A DNA stretch of 64,000 nt from a virus (Duplodnaviria > Caudoviricetes). The first letter of the stretch is position 1. Each line of letters starts with the position of its first letter. This document shows, piece by piece, positions 1 through 9,757 of the stretch. The stretch lies in IMG/VR virus record IMGVR_UViG_3300028591_000012, positions 1 through 64,000 of that record; one strand, written 5' to 3'. Under the pieces are notes generated by a model, which was given only the letters and a program-made list of their open reading frames with translations, did no database searches and was not told where the DNA came from. A program made the position numbers and the translations under genes.

Positions 1-252
1 CGTGACAAGTTCAATGCAGTAAATACCGCTTTCCTCAATGCAAAGTGTGAACGCCACGCTTTCATAGCAAGGGGAAGATGTAAGAAGCTCAAGGAAGCCC
101 TGGAAGGATATACATACAGAGATAACGGAGAAGATACGGATAAGTCAGGCGGACTGGACCACATTTCAGATGCCGCCGCTTACCTTCTGTGTTACTTAAA
201 GCCAATCAAGAAAAGCTGGGGCCTGAACCGCCCTAAAGTATACGGATTTTAG
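1..252 (+). CDS. terL: Terminase large subunit, C-terminal fragment (runs off window)
   Basis: Frame +1 translated by hand: ...LKEALEGYTY...DKSGGLDHISDAAAYLL...*; DHxxDA nuclease motif; directly upstream of portal. Confidence 0.85.
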   Translation, partial: RDKFNAVNTAFLNAKCERHAFIARGRCKKLKEALEGYTYRDNGEDTDKSGGLDHISDAAAYLLCYLKPIKKSWGLNRPKVYGF

Positions 253-262
253 GAGTTGAAAA

Positions 263-1765
263 ATGAAAGCCAATGCAAATAAATTTCTTGTAATGACTAC
301 CTATCCTGAATATTCGGCACTCGCCGAAAGGTGGGCTGTATGCCGCGAGGTAATTGCAGGAGAAGACGTAGTAAAGTCTAAGGGAGAAAAATATCTTCCT
401 ATGGCAACTCACAAGTGTGAGGATGTTCAGAAAAAAAGGTACAATGCTTATAAAATGCGTACTCCCTTTACGCCTTTTACATATATGGCGTATCAGGTAC
501 AGCACGCTATGGTTTTCCGCCGCACTCCGACAATCGCTTGTTCTGATGACTTTAAGGCTTCAGGCCTTCTGTCAAACGTAGACGGCAGGGGAAACTCACT
601 CTATCAGTTCTGTTCAAACTCATTCGATGACCTGATAAAGACTGGTTTCGGCGGTATGCTGCTTGATATGCCGATGGCAGAACCTGGAATGAACGTTCTG
701 GATGCAGAGAAAAAGGGAATCCGCCCTTACCTCACCTACTATCCTGCAGAAAGCATAATCAACAGGATTTTTGATAACTCTATGGGAATAAGCCGTCTTA
801 AGCTTGTTGTACTCAGGGAAAAGGTTGAAGAATACCGCGATGAGTTTGTACTCCTCAACCGTGAGCGTTACAGAGTCCTTGCAATAAATGATGAAGGTTT
901 CTACGAGCAGAGAATCTGGACTCCTGTATATGATGAACGTGACAACATTACAGATATGACGGTAGAAACTGTTCCTGTATTCGTAAAGGGAAAGCGGATA
1001 AATTACATTCCTTTCGTACTCCTGCCTACAGACATTGCTGAAAAACCGCCTTTATATGACCTTGCAATGCTGAATATTCATCATTATCAGGTTATGGCTG
1101 ACTACTATAACGGCCTTCATAAGGTAACAATGCCTACAGGTTACATTACAGGTTACACAAGCCGCGACGATGAAGATGAGGATGAGATTATCCTCGGTGA
1201 TGACGTATTCATTACTGAAGAAAACTCGGATGCAAGGTTTGGAGTTCTGTCTTATGCCGGTGAAGGTATGGAACATACTAAGGACGGTATAGACAAGCTT
1301 GAAAACCTTATCGCAGGTATCTTTATGAAATCTATCGCACCTGACAAGAAGACTTCAGAAACTGCAGAAGCTGCATACGTTCACCGTTCAGGAGAAAATG
1401 CTCGCCTTGCTACCTTTGCAAGAAACGTAAGTGAAAAGCTTTCAATCCTCGTTCAGTGGTATGAAGAATGGAATAATTACGAAGGTGCAGTTGAAATACA
1501 CCTTAACTACGATTACGAGACAATCGCACTTGACCCTAACATCATCAACTCTATCGCAAACATTTCAGGTCAGGGTAAGTTCCCTCTCTACTGTGTATTC
1601 TACATCTTGAAGCAGCAGGAACTCATTGACCCTGATATGAACTATGACGACTTCATATTCCTCATTGACCAGGAGAATCTTGAAGGCAATTCTGCTCAGG
1701 AGATTTACGAAGCGTTCAAGAAGAGGATTAACGAGCGTGACAGCAGGATGAAATCAAGGGTTTAA
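263..1765 (+). CDS. Portal protein (DUF4055-like)
   Basis: 500 aa after terL; YLP, YxxESIIN, KPPLYDLAMLNIHHYQxxADY and ETAEAA motifs; AGGAG RBS. Confidence 0.85.
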   Translation: MKANANKFLVMTTYPEYSALAERWAVCREVIAGEDVVKSKGEKYLPMATHKCEDVQKKRYNAYKMRTPFTPFTYMAYQVQHAMVFRRTPTIACSDDFKASGLLSNVDGRGNSLYQFCSNSFDDLIKTGFGGMLLDMPMAEPGMNVLDAEKKGIRPYLTYYPAESIINRIFDNSMGISRLKLVVLREKVEEYRDEFVLLNRERYRVLAINDEGFYEQRIWTPVYDERDNITDMTVETVPVFVKGKRINYIPFVLLPTDIAEKPPLYDLAMLNIHHYQVMADYYNGLHKVTMPTGYITGYTSRDDEDEDEIILGDDVFITEENSDARFGVLSYAGEGMEHTKDGIDKLENLIAGIFMKSIAPDKKTSETAEAAYVHRSGENARLATFARNVSEKLSILVQWYEEWNNYEGAVEIHLNYDYETIALDPNIINSIANISGQGKFPLYCVFYILKQQELIDPDMNYDDFIFLIDQENLEGNSAQEIYEAFKKRINERDSRMKSRV

Positions 1766-1790
1766 GGTTTTGATTTTTGGAACTTAATAT
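1762..1790 (+). promoter_or_regulatory. Phage promoter motif TTAAGG-N17-TAATAT
   Basis: One of 13 copies of TTAAG(C)-N17-TANNNT. Confidence 0.6.
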
Positions 1791-1813
1791 TCATAAAAAC
1801 AGGAGGTCACAAA

Positions 1814-2617
1814 ATGGCTAAGAATAAATTAAGAGGAACTTACTTCTTCCCCGGCGGCGGAGGAACTCAGCAGAATATAGAAAAGGCTATTTCACAGTCA
1901 ACACAGTATCTTCACGATACAATCCAGCAGAGCGTTGCAGGACTTACACTTGAAACAAACAAGGCAGTTTCAACCACTCAGAACGGAACGCTCGTAATAG
2001 AACCGAGCGACGGCAAGGACGGTATGGAAAAAGCTACCGTTACCGTTGCAGTACCGCTTCCTGTTCACGAAACAAACAAGGCTGCAACAATTGATGTAAG
2101 CCAGTACTCGGAGGCTGTTGAAATTGAGCCTTCTGCAAACAAGGATGTAATGGACAAGGTAACCGTAACGCTTTCAAACGTTCCTGTCATTGAAGCAAAT
2201 AAAACGGCAGAAATTGATGTATCACAATATTCAGAAGCAGTTGAAGTAACCCCTTCTTTAGGAAAGGATGGTATGGCAAAAGCTACAGTTTCGCTTACAA
2301 ACATTCCTGTTATCCCTGTTTGTGAGCCTGAAAAGACAGTTACAATTGATGTTTCTCAGTATACCGAGCCGGTTGAAATTATTCCTGATGATGGCAATGA
2401 CGCTATGGAAATGACAACCGTAACGCTTTCTAACATCGGATTTTACAAGCTTTATGCCTGGACTACAGACGGTGGTACAGCCCCTCTTTGCTGGACAGTA
2501 AATGAAGACGGTACAGGTACAGCTTTAATTGTAAGTGAAGGTGTAATTACACTCGGAGAAAAAACAGAGCTTATGACAGACAGACTTTCTGCTTCTGATA
2601 TAGATTTGACTGAATAA
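1814..2617 (+). CDS. Repeat-containing putative virion protein
   Basis: About four ~40 aa repeats of NKxAxIDVSQYSEAVEIEPSxxKDxMxKxTVTL; AGGAGG RBS. Confidence 0.5.
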   Translation: MAKNKLRGTYFFPGGGGTQQNIEKAISQSTQYLHDTIQQSVAGLTLETNKAVSTTQNGTLVIEPSDGKDGMEKATVTVAVPLPVHETNKAATIDVSQYSEAVEIEPSANKDVMDKVTVTLSNVPVIEANKTAEIDVSQYSEAVEVTPSLGKDGMAKATVSLTNIPVIPVCEPEKTVTIDVSQYTEPVEIIPDDGNDAMEMTTVTLSNIGFYKLYAWTTDGGTAPLCWTVNEDGTGTALIVSEGVITLGEKTELMTDRLSASDIDLTE

Positions 2618-2628
2618 GGAAAAAACTG

Positions 2629-5600
2629 ATGGATATCGTAACCCTCGCCGCCGCAAGACGTCTGATTTATAATGCAATTGCCGGATTAGACGGACCTATC
2701 GCCGGAAAAAACTGTAAGATACAGTCAGTAGAAGACATTACAGGTGGACACAGAATAACTTTTTCCTGGAATGATGACGAAGGTGTAGCACGTACATCTA
2801 CGCTTGATGTAATGGACGGAAGAGGCATAGAAAGTGTTGAGATTAAGTATGCTGCTTCTTCAAGTGGAACAACTCCGCCAGATAGCGGTTGGAGTTCTAC
2901 GGTTCCTTCAGTTCAAGACGGATATTATCTCTGGACAAGAAATACCCTTACATTCTCTGACGGTAGCACAGAGATAGAGTATCTTGTAGGTAAGCAGGGT
3001 TTCTCTCCGATTGTAGCAGTTACTAATATTCCTGGCGGTCACAGGGTTACGATAACAGACCAGACAAGTGCAAAACAGTTTGACGTTATGGACGGTCTTG
3101 CAATAGACCATATAACTGTTGAATATGCAGAAGGTGACAGTGGTACTACACCACCCCCAAATCCTTCTGACTGGCAGAATTCTCCACCAGTTGTTGCAGC
3201 AGGTAATTATCTCTGGACCAGAAATACAACTTACCTTGAAGACAATACTACTTCTGTTGCTTATATGGTTGCATTACAGGGGGCAGCCGGTATTTCTCCT
3301 GATGTTGAAACAACTCAGCTTCCAAATGGTACGCTTGTTAATATTACCGATAAAGACGGCCCACACTCTTTTACGATTTATAACGGTGAAGACGGAACTG
3401 ACGGTAGAGACGGTGCTGATGGTCAGGACGGTTTTTCACCGATTATAACTACTGATAAGGTTGGTAAAACTACTACTATTACAATTGTAGACGCTACAGG
3501 TACATCATACGCAACAATCTTAGACGGTGTTGACGGTAAGACGATTACCAATATTACGATAAATTCAAATAATCACGTTATAGTAACTTACTCAGACGGA
3601 ACATCATCTGATGCCGGAGAACTTATCGTTCAGTCAGCAGTTATGAGTGTAAACGGACAGACAGGTGACGTTGTATTGGACGCAGAAGATGTCGGAGCTT
3701 TACCAGATGATACACCTTTGTTCAGCGGTGATTATAATGATTTAACAAACAAACCGAATCTTGCAACAGTTGCCACAAGCGGTGATTATGATGATTTGAC
3801 TAATAAGCCGACTATTCCTGCAGCACAGATTCAAAGTGACTGGAACCAGAGTGACAACACACAGAAAGACTTTATCAAGAACAAACCTACAATACCTTCT
3901 GCACAGATACAGTCAGACTGGAATCAGTCAGATAATACCCAGAAAGACTTTATTAAAAACAAACCTACTCTTGGTACTGCATCAGCAAAAAACAGTACAA
4001 GTTCTGTCATAGAAAACAGTACAGACTTGGTAGAAAGCGGTGCCGTAAAGACTGCAATAGATTCTGCTATCTCTCGTGTTTATAAACCAGCAGGAAACAA
4101 AACCGTAGCTGAATTAACAAGTGCATTACTTATAGCAGGTAATCTTGGTAACGTTTACAATATGACCACATCGGGAGAAACTACTTCTGACTTCGTTGAA
4201 GGGGCTGGTAAACCGATTGATGTAGGTGCTAATGTTGCCATAGTTGATGTAGGAACTTCTTCTACTCCTTCGTATAAGTTTGACTTACTTTCAGGTATGG
4301 TTGATATGTCGAACTTCGTTCAGAAGTCAAATACGGCAGGTTTATTGAAGAATGACGGTACTGTTGATACGACTGAATACAACGGAAAGATTACTGTATC
4401 TAATGATACATCTGCCCTAACAGATTCAGACAGCTTTGATGAAACATCAGCAGGAGCAAATCCTACTTCTACGAAAAGAAGGTTATTAAGTTCTTTGTGG
4501 ACTTATATAAAGGGTAAGATTACAGGTGCTATATCGGGAATAGTAGACAGTAACTTGACAGTTTCAAGAGCTTTGGTATCAGATTCAAATGGTAAGGTTA
4601 CAGTATCAGATGTTACATCTACGGAATTAAGCTATCTTGATGGAGTAACAGATAACATTCAAACACAACTTGACGGTAAAGTTGAATCAGGATTACCAAC
4701 AGATTCAATATTGCACTATTCATTCGATGAAGTGCCTGATATTCCAGACGGTAATAATGTTGTATTCAATAATAAAGACTTTAGCCTTACTGACTGGCAT
4801 AGTAGCGATGGTACGATTTCTGTAGATTCTGAAGGGCGATTAAAGGTGAGAGATATAACGGGTCTGGCTGTAAGTTTTTATAAAGATAATCTTTATGATA
4901 CAGACGCAGCTGGTAAAACCTGTTTAATGAAAATATATGTTGAAAAAAATTGTCAATTAGTGTGTTTATGTTATGATGGTAATGAAGTAAGAGTTGTATC
5001 AGAACTTTATTCTTTATCAATAGGGTGGAATATTGTTAATATAGATATTGCTATAAGTCCTGTTATTCAAAATAATTTAATTTTTAACATAGCAAATTCT
5101 TATTCGTCAGATTGTATAATTGAATGGTTATACATCGGCGATTTATCTTATAAAACACCAGGAATTGATAATCAAACTGGAGTATATAATTATAATCTTA
5201 CAAAAAGTTATTCAATTCCAGGTTTAAGCGGAAAAGCTATTGGAAATAGAGGTTATGGAATAGAAACAGGATGTAATAGTCTAGCTGGTAATTTTTCTTT
5301 ATCTTTTTGGTCTAAAAATGAATTTCAAGAGTATTATCCAATACTTATTTGCGATGAAACAGATAATACTGCGGTTTGGTTAAAAATACAAGATGGTATT
5401 TTTAATAAATTTGATATTTCTATATCTTGGCCAACTAATGATAGTGGTAGATATGGTTATATGACTATATACAACGGTACAAGGTTAACGTCACAATGGA
5501 CTCATATAGCTTTATCTAATAATAACGGTATTTATAAAATTTATATCAACGGAATTTTAGTAGCAACATACACCTGTACTGCATATAAAAACAATGCTAT

Positions 5601-7296
5601 TGTTGGTTCAATTTATTTATTAAAAAATACCACTGTAACTATTTGTAAAAAAATGGTATTAGACGATTTCCAAATTTTTGATCGTGCTCTTTCAGATAAT
5701 GAAATACTTGCTTTGTACACAAATCGTGGTAACACTCCAAAATACTACACCCTTGCTGACTATGAAAACGAACAATTATCACAATCTAAAGCAGACAAAG
5801 TATCAAATGCAACTAACGGACATCTTGCTTCCCTTGATTCTAACGGAAACCTTACAGACAGTGGAAAGAGTGCTTCTGATTTCTTACCTAGCGACACACC
5901 TATTCCTGCTGCACAGGTAAATAGTGACTGGAACTCAGCTTCTGGTGTTTCTCAGATATTAAACAAGCCTACTCTCGGAACAGCTTCAAGTAAAAACAGT
6001 ACGAGTTCAGTTACATCAGGAAGCACAGACTTAGTAGAAAGCGGAGCAGTTGCAGACAAAATACAGAACGTTATAGATATTGCTTCTTCACTTCCCACAG
6101 ACGCAGTATTACACTATTCCTTTGATGAAGTGCCAGACTTACCCGACTCTCCTGCAATTTATAGGCGTGATTACAATTGGACAACTTCGACTTGGGCAAG
6201 CGATAACAATAATACAACTTATAGTGCAACAGACGGAATTGCAAAATGGACAACAACAAGTTCAGCCAATTGTCAGTTGTCAAATACATTCAGCACTCTT
6301 GCAGGAATGATTCTGAAAATAAAGTTTAGAGCAAGCATAAAAAATGTCAGATATAGTTTTATTGGTATTGAAGGGTCTACTTTCAATAGTTTTGTAAGTG
6401 GTGTTTCTGTATCAGGTTGGAATGAAGTTTCTGCCTTAATTCCATCTACATACGGTACAAGACTTGTACTGCAATTTCAAACAGGTTCAAGCGACGTGTC
6501 AGTAGAAATTGCTCAAATCTACATCGGTGACGGCAGTTACTCAACTCCTGTCATAGACAATGCTAATGGAGAAAATAACGGAAAAAACAATGGCGGATTA
6601 GCAATTCAAGGATTAAGTGGAAAAGGTGTTTATTTTCCTAATGCAATTAAAACAATTACTTCAATAAGGATTCCTGCTCCAACTAGTGATGATAATTTTA
6701 CAATTTCTTGTTGGATAAATAAAGCAACAACCTATGCTAATGATTCTCAAACTACAACAAAGGGAATTGTCAGAATTGGTACTTTTCAAGGGCTTTTTGG
6801 ATTGATTAGAAATAAAAGTAATGTTGGTTGTGAAATTCGAGATTCTTCGGGTTCAAAAAGCATATTAGTTAATACTGAAAATGGTAAATTCTATCATATT
6901 GTGGGAGTTTATTCGGGAACAACTCATAGAATGGAGCTTTATATAAATGGAGTTTTAGAAGGAAAAACTGGTACGGTTTCAGCAGGTTTTCAATTTGGCT
7001 CAGGTCAAACATCTTGGACTATTTGGGGTAATACACAACTTGGTGGACCAGTGGCGGATACAACTAACCAACCTGCAATTATTGATGATGTATTATTCTT
7101 CGATAGAGCTTTATCAGAAAAAGAAGTACAAGCCCTCTATCAGAACAAGGCAAATACACCGAAGTATTACACAAAAGCAGATTTACAGTTACCACAAAAG
7201 CAGGATTCAACTCTCTCTACTCCAATAACAATCGGCGGTCAGACTTATACAACGGTTGAAAGTGCTTTGAGTGCTTTAGCTGCACAGCTAACTTAG
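2629..7296 (+). CDS. Large fibre-like virion protein with collagen-like repeats and two LamG/ConA-like domains
   Basis: YLWTRNT repeats, GxD triplets, SVNGQTGDV, SGDYNDLTNKP and QSDWNQSD..FIKNKP fibre repeats; two WTHI/YHIV..YING..DD..FDRALS domains. Confidence 0.7.
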   Translation: MDIVTLAAARRLIYNAIAGLDGPIAGKNCKIQSVEDITGGHRITFSWNDDEGVARTSTLDVMDGRGIESVEIKYAASSSGTTPPDSGWSSTVPSVQDGYYLWTRNTLTFSDGSTEIEYLVGKQGFSPIVAVTNIPGGHRVTITDQTSAKQFDVMDGLAIDHITVEYAEGDSGTTPPPNPSDWQNSPPVVAAGNYLWTRNTTYLEDNTTSVAYMVALQGAAGISPDVETTQLPNGTLVNITDKDGPHSFTIYNGEDGTDGRDGADGQDGFSPIITTDKVGKTTTITIVDATGTSYATILDGVDGKTITNITINSNNHVIVTYSDGTSSDAGELIVQSAVMSVNGQTGDVVLDAEDVGALPDDTPLFSGDYNDLTNKPNLATVATSGDYDDLTNKPTIPAAQIQSDWNQSDNTQKDFIKNKPTIPSAQIQSDWNQSDNTQKDFIKNKPTLGTASAKNSTSSVIENSTDLVESGAVKTAIDSAISRVYKPAGNKTVAELTSALLIAGNLGNVYNMTTSGETTSDFVEGAGKPIDVGANVAIVDVGTSSTPSYKFDLLSGMVDMSNFVQKSNTAGLLKNDGTVDTTEYNGKITVSNDTSALTDSDSFDETSAGANPTSTKRRLLSSLWTYIKGKITGAISGIVDSNLTVSRALVSDSNGKVTVSDVTSTELSYLDGVTDNIQTQLDGKVESGLPTDSILHYSFDEVPDIPDGNNVVFNNKDFSLTDWHSSDGTISVDSEGRLKVRDITGLAVSFYKDNLYDTDAAGKTCLMKIYVEKNCQLVCLCYDGNEVRVVSELYSLSIGWNIVNIDIAISPVIQNNLIFNIANSYSSDCIIEWLYIGDLSYKTPGIDNQTGVYNYNLTKSYSIPGLSGKAIGNRGYGIETGCNSLAGNFSLSFWSKNEFQEYYPILICDETDNTAVWLKIQDGIFNKFDISISWPTNDSGRYGYMTIYNGTRLTSQWTHIALSNNNGIYKIYINGILVATYTCTAYKNNAIVGSIYLLKNTTVTICKKMVLDDFQIFDRALSDNEILALYTNRGNTPKYYTLADYENEQLSQSKADKVSNATNGHLASLDSNGNLTDSGKSASDFLPSDTPIPAAQVNSDWNSASGVSQILNKPTLGTASSKNSTSSVTSGSTDLVESGAVADKIQNVIDIASSLPTDAVLHYSFDEVPDLPDSPAIYRRDYNWTTSTWASDNNNTTYSATDGIAKWTTTSSANCQLSNTFSTLAGMILKIKFRASIKNVRYSFIGIEGSTFNSFVSGVSVSGWNEVSALIPSTYGTRLVLQFQTGSSDVSVEIAQIYIGDGSYSTPVIDNANGENNGKNNGGLAIQGLSGKGVYFPNAIKTITSIRIPAPTSDDNFTISCWINKATTYANDSQTTTKGIVRIGTFQGLFGLIRNKSNVGCEIRDSSGSKSILVNTENGKFYHIVGVYSGTTHRMELYINGVLEGKTGTVSAGFQFGSGQTSWTIWGNTQLGGPVADTTNQPAIIDDVLFFDRALSEKEVQALYQNKANTPKYYTKADLQLPQKQDSTLSTPITIGGQTYTTVESALSALAAQLT

Positions 7297-8183
7297 ACAT
7301 CAATCTCATCAAGTCTAAGCTTTCTTCCGTTGTTTATAAATTTATTAAGATGTACTCCCTGATTTTTCCATAAATCATATCTGTTTTTACCTAAGATGTG
7401 ATACTGTTCTTTTTCTGAAAGACTTTCAAGATATTCTTCATAAGAAGGCATAGGTTCTGTTACTGAATCAGCCTCTATCGTAAAACAACGACATAAATTG
7501 TGACTTACAGGAGGAACTTCTTTTATAGACTTAAAATGTTTTCCGTGTAACATTCCGCATACAATACATTCCTTTCCGTCAAGAACAGAACACCACACTA
7601 CTTCCTTTTCATTATTAAGAAATATAATCTTATCCGTAGTCTTGGCAAAAGAAGGAATAGCTGTCTTTATTCCGTTTTCCATACCTCGTGAAACCGGCAC
7701 AATGTTTTTCTTAGCCTGTTCTCTTATATCATCTGTACTCTGACCGAATATGTAGCCTGATCTTGCAGCATTGTCATAAGAACGCAGTATATTCTTCTCT
7801 GTCCTTTCAACAAACTGCTTTACGGTATCTTTTGAATCAATCGGAGCAAATAATATTCTTGAAGTTGCTATTTCACCTACAATCAGCGCAGAACCGTACA
7901 ATGCAGTAAGAAATGATAGTTCCTTTTCCTTTACCTTCTCTGCCTCAAGTTCAAGCCTTTCATTAAGTTTGACACCAAACTCACTAATCTCACCCTTTAA
8001 TAATCTGTGAACAAGGTTATAAGAGTCTTTAGTTGCAATGGATTTATGTTCTGTGATTATGCTGTCACATTTCGCAATCAGGTCTAGGAAGAACTCCATA
8101 ATTTCTTCATCAACCGTATTTGCGTAGAAGTCAAGGTCTATGTAATGTCTGAGTGTTTTCTTCAATACTTTGTTATCTGCCAT
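7293..8183 (-). CDS. Minor head protein (MuF / SPP1 gp7-like)
   Basis: WCSVLDGKECIVC, PPVSHNLCRC and YEEYL..Q..ILGKNRY motifs. Confidence 0.8.
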   Translation of the reverse strand: MADNKVLKKTLRHYIDLDFYANTVDEEIMEFFLDLIAKCDSIITEHKSIATKDSYNLVHRLLKGEISEFGVKLNERLELEAEKVKEKELSFLTALYGSALIVGEIATSRILFAPIDSKDTVKQFVERTEKNILRSYDNAARSGYIFGQSTDDIREQAKKNIVPVSRGMENGIKTAIPSFAKTTDKIIFLNNEKEVVWCSVLDGKECIVCGMLHGKHFKSIKEVPPVSHNLCRCFTIEADSVTEPMPSYEEYLESLSEKEQYHILGKNRYDLWKNQGVHLNKFINNGRKLRLDEIDV

Positions 8184-8189
8184 AAGCTG

Positions 8190-8218
8190 ATTTTACCTTA
8201 TGTTTTCTGCGAGCTTAA
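8190..8218 (-). promoter_or_regulatory. Promoter TTAAGC-N17-TAAAAT, apparently leaderless for MuF
   Basis: -10 box lies 6 nt before ATG 8183; no SD. Confidence 0.65.
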
Positions 8219-8220
8219 AA

Positions 8221-8655
8221 CTATGATTTTTTAATTTTCTCAAAACAGGAATTGCAGACATTAACGTAATGAACACCACACTTTCCCTGTACTTTTAAAA
8301 TCGAATGTAATTTTACCGAACATACTGCACATTTTCCCTGAATAGATTTTAGATAACCGTAGGCAAGAAAAGGACTTTGTAAATACTTATCCACAGGTAA
8401 AGTCCTGAGATATAAGGCTACAGAAAGATAATCACATTTAATTCCGTCCGTTCCTTCTGCTCTTGCAGTAGTAATCCCTTTCCCTTCTTCAAAAGCTCTA
8501 GCCTGTTCGTCTGTAATTTCTTTTCCAATTAAGTTTCTAAGCCATCCTTTCTTCGGCGGATAGGATATCCCTAATGCTTTAACCTGTTTTGCAGTTACAC
8601 CTATACCACCGTTCATATTAGTTCTCAACCATTCTTCTGTTACAGTCATAATCAA
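8221..8655 (-). CDS. Hypothetical protein with C-terminal CxxC pair
   Basis: ORF with AGGAG RBS; LGISYPPKKGWL motif. Confidence 0.6.
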   Translation of the reverse strand: MIMTVTEEWLRTNMNGGIGVTAKQVKALGISYPPKKGWLRNLIGKEITDEQARAFEEGKGITTARAEGTDGIKCDYLSVALYLRTLPVDKYLQSPFLAYGYLKSIQGKCAVCSVKLHSILKVQGKCGVHYVNVCNSCFEKIKKS

Positions 8656-8659
8656 CTCC

Positions 8660-9150
8660 TTTTAGACTTACTGTGAATTTTCTTCTAATTCCTTGAGACT
8701 AGCTGATTTGAGGATAGATAGCCCTAAGGGAAAGGTGTCTCACTTTCTCTCAGATGCTTTTTACCTATCCTCAAAAATCAAGAGAATTCCTCTCGACCCC
8801 TTCTTCTCAGATAGACCGAACTCATAAGCGTACTTGGTCCGATTTGAACACATTCTCGGTAGGTACAGCACTACCGCCTGTCGCCGCTGTTCTTTCGCCG
8901 CACGGCTGGTACTTTGACAAGTTACCCCTGATACCTTTGTAATCCCTAATTGGGTGGGCTTGTATTGCTCGTCTTATGGGGTGTTGAAACCCTAAAAACA
9001 AAAAACCTTTGTGCTATCGGTTTTGCTTGGCCACCACGCCGCAACTACACGTCATTAAGATAGTTGACAATACCGACACCACAAAGGTCTCTGTATAATA
9101 TATCATATTTAATGACGTTCTGTAATTGGATTGGTGAGTTCCAACACTGA
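8660..9150 (-). ncRNA. Candidate long structured non-coding RNA or leader
   Basis: ~490 nt GC-richer region without a credible ORF, downstream of promoter 9153-9181, with multiple stems. Confidence 0.4.
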
Positions 9151-9152
9151 TA

Positions 9153-9214
9153 AATATAGTCCAAATAAAAAACGAGCTTAAACCTTTAAGAAAATATTTT
9201 TTTTCTCCTACCCT
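9153..9214. promoter_or_regulatory. Back-to-back promoters: minus TTAAGC-N17-TATATT; plus TTAAGA-N17-TACCCT (leaderless for 9221)
   Basis: Motif copies at 9153-9181 (-) and 9186-9214 (+). Confidence 0.6.
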
Positions 9215-9220
9215 TTTCTT

Positions 9221-9577
9221 ATGAACAGCTTTTACAAACCTTATTCACGTGTTTCCAAATATCACAATAAAAAGACAGTGGTAGACAACATTACCTTTGA
9301 TTCAAAGCACGAAGCAGAAAGATATAAGGAATTAAAAATGCTTCAGCTTGCAGGTGAAATATCAGAACTGCGTTTACAGGTTCCTTATGAACTTATTCCT
9401 TTAATGAAACTGAACGGAGAGACTTTCAGGGCCACGAAATATGTAGCAGATTTTGTCTATAAAGACAGAAGCGGCAATGAAATTGTGGAAGACGCAAAAG
9501 GTATGAAAACTGATGTTTACAAGCTGAAAAAGAAACTTATGGCTTACGTTCACCACATAATTATTCAGGAAGTGTGA
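9221..9577 (+). CDS. DUF1064 family PD-(D/E)XK endonuclease
   Basis: SKYHNKK..DNITFDSKHEAERY..LQVPYEL..YVADFVY..VEDAKG. Confidence 0.85.
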   Translation: MNSFYKPYSRVSKYHNKKTVVDNITFDSKHEAERYKELKMLQLAGEISELRLQVPYELIPLMKLNGETFRATKYVADFVYKDRSGNEIVEDAKGMKTDVYKLKKKLMAYVHHIIIQEV

Positions 9578-9588
9578 TTTTTCCTATC

Positions 9589-9615
9589 AAAGACGGCTAA
9601 AAACCGTCTTTTTTT
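9589..9615 (+). terminator. Intrinsic terminator
   Basis: AAAGACGG / CCGTCTTT stem plus T run. Confidence 0.7.
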
Positions 9616-9648
9616 ATGTTTTTCTTGACAAATTATTTTTTCTCAGAT

Positions 9649-9677
9649 TTAAGCTCGTTTTTTTTCTGACCTATCTT
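9649..9677 (+). promoter_or_regulatory. Promoter TTAAGC-N17-TATCTT for the head operon
   Basis: Motif copy upstream of the scaffold gene. Confidence 0.65.
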
Positions 9678-9757
9678 TGAGGAAGATTGCGAGATGGAAT
9701 CCACTTGGAGTGTGACCACCATCATTAAAGCAGTCTGACAATACAGGAGTATTAACT

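Noticed and set aside
2629-7296. Diversity-generating retroelement suggested by repeated segments in the fibre gene
   Set aside because: No reverse transcriptase in the window; repeat differences are synonymous or general, not adenine-specific
8754-8942. 62 aa ORF on plus strand
   Set aside because: No RBS or promoter; lies antisense to the structured leader
7293-9180. Invertible segment explaining the reverse-strand MuF block
   Set aside because: No flanking inverted repeats found; the block has its own correctly placed promoters
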